Shown: positions 11,392 to 23,569, counted from the whole stretch's first letter. The stretch: 62,877 nt of DNA, filler included, from Octopus bimaculoides (GCF_001194135.2; 4 parts of 3 records of this genome joined end to end with filler, not necessarily neighbours in it); one strand, 5' to 3'. The notes: a model not told the origin generated them from the sequence alone. A program made the numbers and translations.

Positions 11392-12087
11392 NNNNNNNNN
11401 NNNNNNNNNNNNNNNNNNNNNNNNNNNNNNNNNNNNNNNNNNNNNNNNNNNNNNNNNNNNNNNNNNNNNNNNNNNNNNNNNNNNNNNNNNNNNNNNNNNN
11501 NNNNNNNNNNNNNNNNNNNNNNNNNNNNNNNNNNNNNNNNNNNNNNNNNNNNNNNNNNNNNNNNNNNNNNNNNNNNNNNNNNNNNNNNNNNNNNNNNNNN
11601 NNNNNNNNNNNNNNNNNNNNNNNNNNNNNNNNNNNNNNNNNNNNNNNNNNNNNNNNNNNNNNNNNNNNNNNNNNNNNNNNNNNNNNNNNNNNNNNNNNNN
11701 NNNNNNNNNNNNNNNNNNNNNNNNNNNNNNNNNNNNNNNNNNNNNNNNNNNNNNNNNNNNNNNNNNNNNNNNNNNNNNNNNNNNNNNNNNNNNNNNNNNN
11801 NNNNNNNNNNNNNNNNNNNNNNNNNNNNNNNNNNNNNNNNNNNNNNNNNNNNNNNNNNNNNNNNNNNNNNNNNNNNNNNNNNNNNNNNNNNNNNNNNNNN
11901 NNNNNNNNNNNNNNNNNNNNNNNNNNNNNNNNNNNNNNNNNNNNNNNNNNNNNNNNNNNNNNNNNNNNNNNNNNNNNNNNNNNNNNNNNNNNNNNNNNNN
12001 NNNNNNNNNNNNNNNNNNNNNNNNNNNNNNNNNNNNNNNNNNNNNNNNNNNNNNNNNNNNNNNNNNNNNNNNNNNNNNNNNNNNNNN

Positions 12088-12130
<43 letters not shown>

Positions 12131-12770
12131 GTATGTATACATGTATGTGTGCCTGTATGTGTATCACTGGAACTAGAATTTTATTTGTATTTAGAGCTAA
12201 TTAGGAGCGGTATCACCCTGAAAACAAACGTGATATATTTCAAGATAAATTTCCCAGTCATTCAATGGAGCATTAGCAAACTATTACACTCCCGAGACAT
12301 GAAGAAACAACTCAAATCGATGTATGAGAAAGGAAAATCCTAAATGATACATCCTACCCGTATGGCCTATACATGTAATTCATAATCACTTGGCACACAT
12401 TTCGTGTCAGAGTTTTCTGCCTACATAACACTTTCAAGTCTCTCAGGAATATTTAACTACTTACAATATAACTGAATGAATTGTTCAAACTATAAGAATA
12501 ATTTACGTCAAAAGCGATGGTGATACGTTAAGTCAACTCCGTAAAGTTGTAGGTGTATCCACCAATGACGCTATCATAGATTCTTACTAATTTTAGGCCT
12601 ACGTTTGCACAAGAAGCCATATTAACGGAAAAGTGAAAATGTAGCTTATAATCTTACATTTCTAAGTAATCCGTTGCGTCATTTGTATTTCATTCGTCAC
12701 TTAAAAGTAGATTTCTTTATCGGTGTATTTACTCGTCTCTATATTTTTATATTTCTTTCGTTCACATTAT

Positions 12771-12794
12771 TATTATTATTTTCCATCTCGTTCA

Positions 12795-12860
<66 letters not shown>
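12771..12860 (+). repeat. (ATT)n microsatellite
   Basis: Read directly; partly duplicated flank TCGTTCACATTATT. Confidence 0.95.
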
Positions 12861-13149
12861 CGTGTTTATTAATGCTATGATTTTGTGTACATTCATAAAA
12901 ATTAGATTTCATTTTATTTAATTTTTACATAAGATATATGAAGGCAAGCATCCATATATACAAATCACGCACCGCATACTCGCACAGACACAGACACACA
13001 GGTACACACACACACTTGCACACGCACACGCACACACGCACGCACGCGCGCATGCACACTCAGACACACAGAGACACCCACGTACGCACACACACACACA
13101 CGTATATACATGCGCATGTCTATGTATGTGCGTAAGTATATAGATATAT

Positions 13150-13230
<81 letters not shown>

Positions 13231-13346
13231 TGTGTGTGTGTGTGTTTGTGTTTGTGTTTGTATATGCATACTTAGACACATACATAGATATGCGCATGTG
13301 TATACATATATGTGTTTACATACATACATATGTAAGTGTGTGTTAT

Positions 13347-13676
13347 GTGAAGGTGCACGACTCAGTGGTTAGAGCGTCGAGCTTACGACCGTAAAGTTGT
13401 GGGTTCGAATTCTGGACCGGGCTGTGTGTTGTGTTCTTGAGCAAGACACTTTATTTCACGTTGCTCCAGTTCACTCAGAAATGAGTTGCGACGTCACTGG
13501 TGTCAAGCTGCATCGTCCTTTGCCTTTCACTTGGATAACATCGGTGGTGTGGAGAGGGGAAGCCTGTATCCTTGGGCGACTGCTGGTCTTCCGTAAACAA
13601 CCTTGCCCGGATTTGTGTCTAGGAGAGTAACTTTCTTGGTGCAATCCCATGGTCAGTCGTGACCGAAGGGGTGTCT
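13347..13676 (+). mobile_element. SINE family C (tRNA head + CORE-like domain)
   Basis: A box GACTCAGTGG, B box GGTTCGAATT, then GTGTTCTTGAGCAAGACACTTT resembling the CORE-SINE central domain. Confidence 0.85.
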
Positions 13677-13836
13677 CAGCAAGTGTGTGTTTGTGTGTGG
13701 GTGTGTGTACGCTTCTACTGCTAGCGATATATTTTAACCTATTGATGCGACTCTACTCTATACTGTCTTCTCCCATATCCCCTTTAACCGTTTTCTATCT
13801 GTCTCATTCCTAGTTTCCTCTTCCTCTCTCTCTCTG

Positions 13837-13879
<43 letters not shown>

Positions 13880-14169
13880 GCTTACACGTGACCATCGACC
13901 ATCTTTCTTTTCCTCACATGACCATCTTTCTTTCCTGCACAGACATTCTAAGGACTGGACCTCGCCTATCTTTCGCTCCTTCTCTGTCTGTCTGTCTGTC
14001 TCTGTCTCTCTCTCTCTCTCTTCATCTGTTCGGTCTTTTCTCTTTTCGAAGAAAATATTTCTCCCAGCGATCGCTATTTTCTTCTCGTTCAGGTCTTGTA
14101 TAAATCGTTTGGCCCCGATTTATANNNNNNNNNNTCTCTCTTCATCTGTTCGGTCTTTTCTCTTTTCGA

Positions 14170-15050
14170 AGAAAATATTTCTCCCAGCGATCGCTATTTT
14201 CTTCTCGTTCAGGTCTTGTATAAATCGTTTGGCCCCGATTTATACAAGGAGACTAAAATGGCATCAATCCAGTCTTGAGGCACTTTCGCAGTTCTCCAAC
14301 AGTGACAAATTAATATATTTAAGAGTTCAAACATTTTGTCATCCCCATATTTCAAGACTCCTGCACAGATTGCATCAGACGCTAGAGACCTTAGGTTCAA
14401 ATGACATCTCTTCTATAAATGGAAGGTGTTCGATCTTTTCTATCGTCCTCATGTCAACAGATGATGGTCTATCAAAAGTGCAGAAAATGTTCTACCCAAC
14501 GCTTATGGATAGAAGCAAACGTCCATTTGCTGTTCTCACCGGAGCTTTTGAAGAAGATTTTGGGCCACATACCTCCTTAGCATAAGAGTGAAAATCCTTG
14601 GCATCATTTCTATGAGCTGCTTCTTGTGCCCCTTTTGCTCTCTCACTCCCCCATTCCTGATTAATTTTCCTTAGAGCAGAAAATTGGCCCCTCTCGAAGA
14701 CCCTGCAAATAACATCGACGGCTTCGATTGCAGAGCTTTGAGAAACATCGAGAAAATCAAATAATACTATGGCATTTCCAGCAAAGATCCCCAGGCGTGT
14801 ACGCATCAGCTTGCTGCCTCTTCAGGGCTTCATTGTTTTCCGACGCTGCAGCAGCGCAACAGATGGCTGGACGTGATTGCAGGAGCTCTCCAGAGACTCA
14901 ACGTCACCATGGAAGTTTCGGATCGGCTGGCGCGGGACCGATAGTGATGCGGAACACTGGTGGACATGGTCGGCTCTTCGCATGGTGGCGTCTCTAGGAC
15001 CACTTATCTGAGATGATTCCACCCTCATCAAGCTAGAGTACGAAGCACAG
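14170..15050 (-). mobile_element. RTE (BovB-like) LINE fragment, pre-RT region to RT start
   Basis: Peptides RKINQEWGSERAKGAQEAAHRNDAKDFHSYAKEVCGPKSSSKAPVRTANG and GVLKYGDD..HCWRTAKVPQDWIDAILVSLYK, diagnostic of RTE ORFs; frameshifted. Confidence 0.85.
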
Positions 15051-17492
15051 CGATGTTCACATCTAGGAGTGATAGTTGTGGCAATAACATTTGGTGTTTC
15101 ATTTTGAAATAATGCTGGATTACAACAGGTTCGATACCAAAATGTTCTTAACTACTCTTCTAATCTGAATAACTCCTATAATTTAAGCTTTTGTATCATT
15201 AATTTATTGATATATTCTTCTTCCTTATGATCCGCATAAAGAAACGCAACTGATCGCAAGCTGTCACACTCCTCACCTACTGCTTAAGCCGTTGAGTAAC
15301 ACGTTCGCTTTGACTTTAAACACAGGAAAGTGGCTTTCTGCATTCGGTATAACCAAATCAAATTTGGTCTTGTCCAAATATGCAGAATTATTAGCTGATA
15401 AACATGGAAAATATTTTGTACATTTATGAGGTATCTTATCCCCTTTGTACTGGCTCCTGCAGCCCTCTTTCAATATGCGCCAATCATGCTATTCTAGTAA
15501 TATTTTCTAGCACATAAACGAGGGCTGGTTTACCAAGATGGCACTTAAGTACTTGCAACTGCCTTTGCTCTTTTGGTGGACGCATAAATTCCTCAAAGCC
15601 TGGAGACATCACCTTAGGTCACTACGTACTCCGATGAAATTCAGTAAATACACAACATAACAAAGATATCGATCTCACATAAATACGTGCTTTGTGTATT
15701 CGGTACGTAAATACATTATGGAGTGTAATTATACAAATTATTGACCTCACAAGTTGAGAATCTTCCCGCCAAATTTTGTCTGACCTACTTTGGTTCATGC
15801 CACTTTATACATTCCTTCCTCTCGTAGCCACAAAAAAAATGAGGAATCTCCATTCACCAACGTTAATTATGTCATTCAATAAAGGAAGTATTTTTCTAAA
15901 TTATACAAGAAAGTGTAGCTATAACGTAAGTATCCTGTAGCGTAAACTGTTAGAGTTCGGTTTTAATTTCGTAATTTAACGGATTAAAACGCTGTAGGAT
16001 GCCATAGAAAATATGTATCTGGAAATCGAGCAAGTATGATGAAAATATCGGTTAAATGATATCTATATATACTGGAATAGTACTTATTTCGCAAAAAGAA
16101 AAATAGAAATCGAAATGAACTCTATATAACTGATAAATATCTAAACATTTCATACAGAACAGATGTCAAAAGACGAAATAATTCAAGAATCCATGGAAAT
16201 AAAACAAAAACAAACAAAATACACACAAATATATGATTTTATTTTATTATATTTACTTCTTTATTATAATACATTTCTTGCATTTTTTACAAAGTCACCC
16301 GTAGAAAATGAAATAAATGGGACGTAGGAATTATTCGCGCTGCATGGGGTTTCCGGAAAAATGCACACATAGGCATTTATAAAGATGTATGCATACCAGT
16401 GTTATTTAGCCTCCAGGTTAGCTTTTATCTAGGGTGACAGATTTATAATAACAGACATTCCAGACGTGACCATCCGTCCTTTTCTGTCTTAGATGCCTCA
16501 TGTTGTCCAACATGTTTCAGTTCATTTCAAAAGATAACAGAGGCTGCATGGAAAAGGACCTTCACTATCGTAGGATTATATTGTTTCTAAGAAGGGAAAT
16601 GATTGGAGGCATGGTGGTTTAAGACTGCTAAAGCTATGTCTATACTTACCGGGGGAATCAATACATCGTTAGAGCGACGGGTTATAAGATTCATATTGCT
16701 GCATGTCTTTGTTTGTGTGCGCGCGCACGTGTGCCATAATCTCCTTCCTCAATTCCGATGCAGAATACTCCAGATAAGGAATCCAGTAAATAACCTACTA
16801 ACTGAAATTACGTGGAAAGTGCTTAAGTATTCCGTTGCCACTCAATTTCATAAGCATCGAACCGTCCGTGACTAAGCAAAGATTATTTTCTAATATGTTG
16901 GCAAGTGGTATTCAAAAGCTTGGATTCAGAAGCTAACCCTTGACAGTTCAACTTTGCATGCATCGAGGTACATATAATTACGCAGACACACATATATGTA
17001 TATATTTGTAAACACGCACACAGAGACATCTCTGCATATAGATGTAGTACTAAACCACTTTCAGGTTTATTTTCACGTGCAGGCTCTTCTATTGATCTGA
17101 TTTATTTTTGTGGAAAACATCCCAATTATATGTAAACCACAACATAACGTTGAACGACTGGCCATTAAATATTCCGGTTTACTAAGTCACATTGAAATAC
17201 AAGTGCCATTGAGAAAAAGTTCACAATGCCTCATGCGTTAGCGAGTAAGAATTCATGTAACGCATATCTACGTTCACGTCAATCATAATTGCTTGAAAAT
17301 AAACATGTTATGATATACTTCAAACTACGAATATGGCGGAACTAATTGAAATATTTCTAAGTGACGGAATCATATTGATTAGAGAAAGAAGCATAAACAA
17401 CACTGCATACCTATAGATATCTACATGTAACCATTATATCATTATATATGTATATACATTCAAGAATCTATCCAGATTTATGGAATTCTCTC

Positions 17493-17546
<54 letters not shown>

Positions 17547-17646
17547 NNNNNNNNNNNNNNNNNNNNNNNNNNNNNNNNNNNNNNNNNNNNTTAATTAATT
17601 AANNNNNNNNNNNNNNNNNNNNNNNNNNNNNNNNNNNNNNNNNNNN

Positions 17647-17758
17647 TATATATATATATATATCTACACATATGTATACATATACATGTATGCATATAGA
17701 TCTATATATATTTATATCTATACATATACGTGTACATATACATCTCTCCCTCTCTCTT

Positions 17759-17819
<61 letters not shown>

Positions 17820-18159
17820 GAAAGTATCTGTCATTACAGTATCGAAATGGTGTACATATACATGTGTATGTATACATATACATCTCTCTCACTCTCTCTT
17901 TCTGTCTCTCTCTTTCTCTCCTTCTCTCTTTCTCTCTCTGTGAAAGTATTTGACATGGGTGTTTTTGTTTCACTTTTGACACGTAATACTTAAATAGTGG
18001 AAGAGATATTATGTTGCCGTGTGCTCGAACTCTGCAAGAAGTTAAAAATTGTTTTTGACTAAAACACACCTGGAACTCTAAGTAAGGCATGTGTAAAATT
18101 TGAATGAAATTGGTTGCGTAGTTCTCGAGTTTTAGGGATTCACACACACAGACAGACAA

Positions 18160-18198
<39 letters not shown>

Positions 18199-18224
18199 CA
18201 CATTCTTATTTATATATATATAGA
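17647..18224 (-). mobile_element. 5' part of a non-autonomous Helitron-like element with (CTGT)n
   Basis: Minus strand starts A|TCTATATATATAAATAAGAATGTGTGTCTGTCTG, then AAAACTCGAGAACTACGCAACCAATTTCATTCAAATTTT, typical of microsatellite-bearing invertebrate Helitron derivatives; the 3' end is lost in a gap. Confidence 0.55.
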
Positions 18225-18249
18225 TATATATATATAAAACACAAACCAC

Positions 18250-21200
18250 AGATGATCTAGGCGTAACAACTCCACCGACCTAACCTCTCTTACATCCCAA
18301 AATAACTTGCCAACAACACTCAGGTATTCAGCCCACACTGGAAAATCTGGACGTAATCATCAAGGCAGCCTACATACAAATCAAATGTTCCATAGAAACC
18401 TCCAAACTAACCTAAACGTTTGGGAACCAATACCTACCAATCCACCTCCATTATCTCACAATAAATGGAAGAATTTACCTCCGAGACTTAACGCTCAACA
18501 TGGTTACTTCACTCATTCAACAACCTAACTAGACAACATAACTTTTTGCTCCACCCACATTACAACATTAAAAATAAATTTAACCCAAACCGCATCAACT
18601 ATAGACTATATAACAACCCTCACTAAAACCATAATCTAGCCTACTACACAGCCTCTCCACCACCAACACACTGCCACAGACACACTTTACACCCATTTTC
18701 TCCTCAGCAAACCAAACACAATACAGACTTTCCACAACAATCCACCTACTACAATCATTTTTTAGACCTAAATCAGAGAAACAGAGATTTGAAATGGAAC
18801 AAAATGTACAAGAACAACCGAAAATAATCAACTTATCAAAGAAAATCCTAAGTATTACACAAACTAAAATTCCAGCAAGAGGTTTAAAGTTTACTCCAGC
18901 CCCTCGCAGATCGAGCCCAAATGAAATTAAAGATAACACTATGGATTTTTGCCGAAAATTACGCCCCACATTACGCGAAGATGAGTCAATAGTAAAAACA
19001 AAAGTGAATACTGTCCTACAAAAGGCAGAAATAAAGCACTTGATGCTTTTTGTTAACACATTACCAGTTTTCCCTTTAATACCCTACAAAAACAATGAAT
19101 TAAATCCAACATTAATGTAAATGAATGGAAAGACCTAATCTAGTTTTAAAATAATATAAACCTCACCATTAAAGGAGCCGACAAAGGAAGTGCGGTAGTG
19201 GTGATGGACACAGAGTATTACAAAATGTTAATACTCTCCATGTACTATGAGATGATAGTACAATACAACCCACAGAAGACACTTAAAAACTTATCCTCTT
19301 TACTTCAAACACATGGAAAGGGCCTCACTAAACATGGAATTGACTATTTATCCAATTTTAGATACAGACCTAGTCTGTTCTACGGTTTACCTAAAATACA
19401 CAAAAATCCACATATTTATAAAGTTTCTCCAGGCCTATGCATTAATGTTTCTCCCCCTACTGACCTCAAACTGAGACCCGTCATCGCTGGCCCTGCTTGT
19501 GAAACCCACCGTTTGAGCAACTTCCTCGACAACTTACTCAAACCGTTTCTAAAATATGTGAAAAGCTTCATCAAAGATGATTTAGATATGCTAATCCACC
19601 TCCCGAAGACAATACGTGAAGGACCTTGTTAGTATCATTCGATGTGGTGAATTTGTACACCAATATCCCACACGATTATGGTATAGAAGCGATCACCTTC
19701 TGTCTAGAAAAATACCCACAAGAGATCCCAGGACGCATCAACCACAGATTCATAATCACAGCACTCAAATTCATCCTACTGAACAACTATTTCATATTCG
19801 ATACAGTTTACTATCGACAAAAATTTGGAATTGCAATGGGAACCCGAGATGCTCCAGTGATTGCGAACCTTGTAATGAGTTACCTAGAGCTTAAAATATA
19901 TCAAACATCATTACAAAAATATGGCAGCTCTTTTCATTGCTATTTAAAGGAGAACTGGAAGAGGTATCTGGACATTTGCTTTATACATTGGAAAGACAGC
20001 ATGGACAAACTCCTCAATTTAAAAATAATGCTTAACAATATTAATAGCAACATACAATTCACCATGGAACACAGCAGTAAACAACTTCCTTTTCTTGACA
20101 TCCTAATTAAAATAGTCAATAACGACATCGAAACACACATCTTCTATAAACCCACAGATTCTAAACAATACCTATTATTCAACATTACCTATTATTCGTA
20201 CTTCACGCCACCCCAAACACATAAAAATTAATATACCTTATAATCTAGCTAAAAGAATCTGTACCATAGTTTCAGACTCCTATACTCGTGAACGAAGATT
20301 CCTTGAACTTAGATCAATACAAATCAGAAGACATTACCCAATATCATTAATAAATGATGGAATTAAACGAGCTAAGGAAATAGACATACAAACATTAAGG
20401 GAAGTCAACCGAAATACTAAACCAGACTTAAAAATACTCCCATACATCTCCACACATAACACTAGAAACAACGAAGCTTTTAACGTTATTATCCAAAATC
20501 TTCCCATCCTCACAAGAGATAAAACAATGAACAAAATTTAAGACTCACACAAAATTATCAAAAGTAAAATGCAACCTAAATCACTGAAAAAATAGTAACC
20601 AGCGCAAGACTGTAGCCATTAACAATAGAACCAAAAGTGAAAACATGTTGTCGACCTAAAAGTGGTTCTTGCCCCCACCTTTTGGAGGGTTCAGAGTTCC
20701 ACTGTAAACAAGGTGAAATATTTAAGATTAAATGAAATTTCACATGTGCCTCGGAAAATCTAATCTATGCCATTACATGCATAGGGTGTGGTAATAACTA
20801 TATTGGCCGAACAGGAATATCATTCTGTAGAAGTACCACTCTCCACAAAGAACAAATCCGCCACCCACATTACAAATAGGTACAGGTCAGTGGACACATA
20901 GAAAGGTGTACGAGGAATCTTAATCCTAATTTCCTAATGTTTCCCTTCTATCAATGTTCACAGAACACCTCAATACTATAAAGAATGAATAAAGAGGCAA
21001 CTTTCATAAATAAACATCTTCTATAACTCAATATGAACGCATAACATAATATAGAACACTATTAACCTTCCATTTAATACCACTAACCCCCATACATCTC
21101 ATACACCATTCACATTACAGATCTAGATATACCCTAATTGCACCAAATCCAGAACTACTTACCTCCCTTACACATAATCGTTTTACTCAGGGACTAGTAG

Positions 21201-21330
21201 ATCTGACACCGTTCAGTATTCGGTGTTCATTCAAAGCAATGATTAGTAATATTACGAAACCGGTATGCTTTTGAATCTCTTTAACAACACATAATTACTT
21301 GTATTACCTTTATTCCTACCTTAGTTCATC
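18250..21330 (+). mobile_element. Neptune-type Penelope-like retroelement (RT + Cys-rich linker + GIY-YIG), near full length, decayed
   Basis: Frames 18794-21044 give IINLS..RGLKFTP, ADKGSAVVVMD, FYGLPKIHK, LRPVIAGP, VSFDVVNLYTNIPH, GIAMGT..AP..ANL, RYLDIC (YLDD mutated), LPFLD, FYKPTD, CCRPKSGSCP linker, NLIYAITCIGCGNNYIGRT. Confidence 0.93.
21229..21276 (+). ncRNA. Minimal type I hammerhead ribozyme relic in the Neptune 3' terminal repeat
   Basis: Stem I ATTCAAAGCA/TGCTTTTGAAT; core ATGATTA (consensus CTGATGA); stem II GTAATATTAC; GAA; palindromic stem III ACCGGT; GUA cleavage triplet. Confidence 0.75.
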
Positions 21331-21372
21331 TAATGGTATATATGTGCGTGTGTTATACCTATCTATGTATGC

Positions 21373-21373
<1 letters not shown>

Positions 21374-21455
<82 letters not shown>
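21374..21455 (+). repeat. (TA)n microsatellite between the two PLEs
   Basis: About 40 TA units. Confidence 0.95.
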
Positions 21456-21470
<15 letters not shown>

Positions 21471-21555
21471 CTGTGTGTGCGTGTATGTGTATGTATTTAA
21501 GTGTTTATGTATATATATGTATTCCTGTACACATATATTGATATTTGTCATTTTT

Positions 21556-21600
21556 ATCACAACGTTTCATTTGATATACTCTCTGTCCATCATCAGGTGT
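21556..21600 (-). ncRNA. Minimal hammerhead relic in the left pseudo-LTR
   Basis: Minus: ACAC CTGATGA T GGACA..AAAT GAA ACGT T GTG; core intact, stem II broken. Confidence 0.6.
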
Positions 21601-22666
21601 TCTGGTGGAATTTCGAACCCAGCCCTTTATTTGACTAATGGGGTACACTGTTCTCATTCCTAAGGTATGTTGCTGATGTTATTTTTCTGTTGATAGTATT
21701 TTTCAAGTCTCTGTTGGGATTGAACTTACAATCCGAGTGTTAGTAGCCCGCGCTCTTATGTACTAGGATATATGCCCGTGGGCAATTATAGAATGAGTTT
21801 TAGGGCTTATAAACCTAGTATTTCTTAATACTGGTTTCCATATTACATTGATGTTTGCGCTGGGTCTGCTTATGTGTTTATTGTGTTCTAGCATATGTCC
21901 AGCCTCTTTTCATTTTCGTATTTTCTCGTAGTGTTCTCTGTCGATTAGTTCATCTTACAGCGGGAGGTGGTCTCCGCTTTTGCATACATTATCGGCCATG
22001 TCCAATGTTTAAACATCCCCTCGTTTCACAGCTTTACGATGTTGCCCTACCCTTACTTTGAGGGGGAGACATGTTTCACCTTTGTATAACCTATAACAAC
22101 TGCATGGGATAGAATAAACGCAGTTTTAGTCGAAGATATTTGCGAAGTGTTGTATTTCTTCCGAATACTCTCCTGGTGTCATATCGACCGCATATCGCTT
22201 GTATCTTTTTAGAGAGGCCTTTGACATAGGATAGGCCGACTGTGCTCAATTTATGAGTTTCATCCTGTCTTCTCTTCCATATTAGAGAGGATAGTATGCT
22301 CTTTGCTTAGTTGTTGCATAGCAGATTGTTTTTTAGCCTGATCATTTCTTCCTGGGGTGTATCAGGATTGCTACTTATAATCTTTGGTTGATGTTTTAGG
22401 TACTGAACAATCCGTTTCTTTATGCTGTATGGATGGTGGGAATTGAATTTGAGGTATTGTCTAGTGAAGTTTGGCTTACGGAATACGGATATCCTGGAAC
22501 CATATTACATATATATCGTAGTGGATAAGAGCGTTGATTCTAAGTTCAATCCCAATAGGGACTTCAAAAATATTATCAGTAGAAAAATATTATCAGCAAC
22601 ATACCTTAGGAATGAGAACAGTGTATCGAATTAGTCAAATAAAGGTTAGGTTCAAAGTTCAAGTAG

Positions 22667-22709
22667 AACACCTGATGAAGACTGGAGAGAACATTGTCGA
22701 AACGTTGTA
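22667..22709 (+). ncRNA. Minimal hammerhead relic in the right pseudo-LTR
   Basis: ACAC CTGATGA A GAC..GTC GAA ACGT T GT; core intact, stems I and II weakened. Confidence 0.65.
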
Positions 22710-22809
22710 ATACCAACAAACAAAATGTGGACACCTATCCGTCGATTATAAAATTCCTCATCTCACAAACATAGAATAGTACTATTTTTTACCTCCAGTT
22801 TCTTCTTTG

Positions 22810-23060
22810 ATTTGAGCTGTTTTTCTTATGCTGCTGTTTGTCCTTCCTACTGCTTGGTTTTCTTTTCTAGTTCCCTTCTGATCTATTCTACCTCTCTGTC
22901 TGTCATCCACTTTCTTTTAATTGCATTGGCTTAATCTACTAGTTTCTGCTCAGTGACTTTATAATACCCTGCTCTACCCAAAGTGTTAACATCTGTTTTC
23001 TATGGCCCCTTCTTTTAGGTTCATTTTCTAATAGCACTGAATCACTATCCTGTTTTCTTC
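22810..23060 (-). mobile_element. N-terminal fragment of an R4/Dong-like non-LTR retrotransposon
   Basis: Minus peptides EPKRRGHRKQMLTLWVEQG and VTEQKLVD*ANAIKRKWMTDREVE*IRRE match the recalled R4/Dong N-terminal motif RRGYRKRM..W...VTEQRLADQ..I....WL...E.E.I. Confidence 0.55.
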
Positions 23061-23569
23061 GCTGATGCTGTATTAGTATAACATCTGCGGTCAGTCTGCA
23101 TCTTTACTGAACCACTACCGATTGAGAGACCTTCCTTTAAAGCTCCAGCTTAATTTTCGCTGTTACTACCAAAGTTTCTTTGGAAACTCCTACCTCTCAT
23201 AAACTGAGGTAAGATAAAGTTCGTCACCAACGTCATCACCATTATTATTTTTCGACATCTCACAGTTTCATGCAACTTTCTATTGCATCATTTGTTACAC
23301 CATTGTGTTAGTGGGGTCACGGGTGCTGCATTTTTGTGGGGAGAATATTGTATCAGTATGATTTTTTATGGGATTTGGTTTGAGTCTTCTGTTTATTAGT
23401 TTCTGTATTGTGTGTTTTTTATGCAGCGCAAGTTGTGTTCTACTGTCAGGTATTGGCCTACTATCGCACATGTTGTGGGCTTTCTTCATTTTGTTAGCTA
23501 TTTAAGGTATGAGTCTATTCCTGTATGTGTTTTGGAGAAGTATTGCATAGTAATGTGTGCAAAACATAG

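Larger units (their letters stand above)
21545..22780 (-). mobile_element. 5'-truncated Penelope/Poseidon-type PLE flanked by inverted pseudo-LTRs
   Basis: Minus frames 22505-21790: SVFRKPNFTRQYLKFNSHHPYSIKK (RT thumb), LSYVKGLSKKIQAICGRY, NCVYSIPCSC..YKGETCLPLKVRVGQHRKAV (GIY-YIG); arms 21556-21770 and 22513-22780 are roughly 80% identical inverted repeats by eye. Confidence 0.92.

Noticed and set aside
13347-13420. tRNA-like sequences (also 7372, 36810-36880, 50250-50324, 61530-61601)
   Set aside because: No closed acceptor stems; each continues into a repeat body, so they are SINE or pseudo-LTR heads rather than tRNA genes.
14015-14244. Exact 110-bp direct repeat either side of a 10-N gap
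   Set aside because: Unmerged contig overlap; the other 10-N gaps (37098, 43354) sit in similar positions.
17591-17602. TTAATTAATTAA centred in 100-bp N runs (also 24802-24813 and 56015-56026)
   Set aside because: Identical 12-mer with stops in all six frames, centred in fixed-size gaps: an assembly spacer, not biological.
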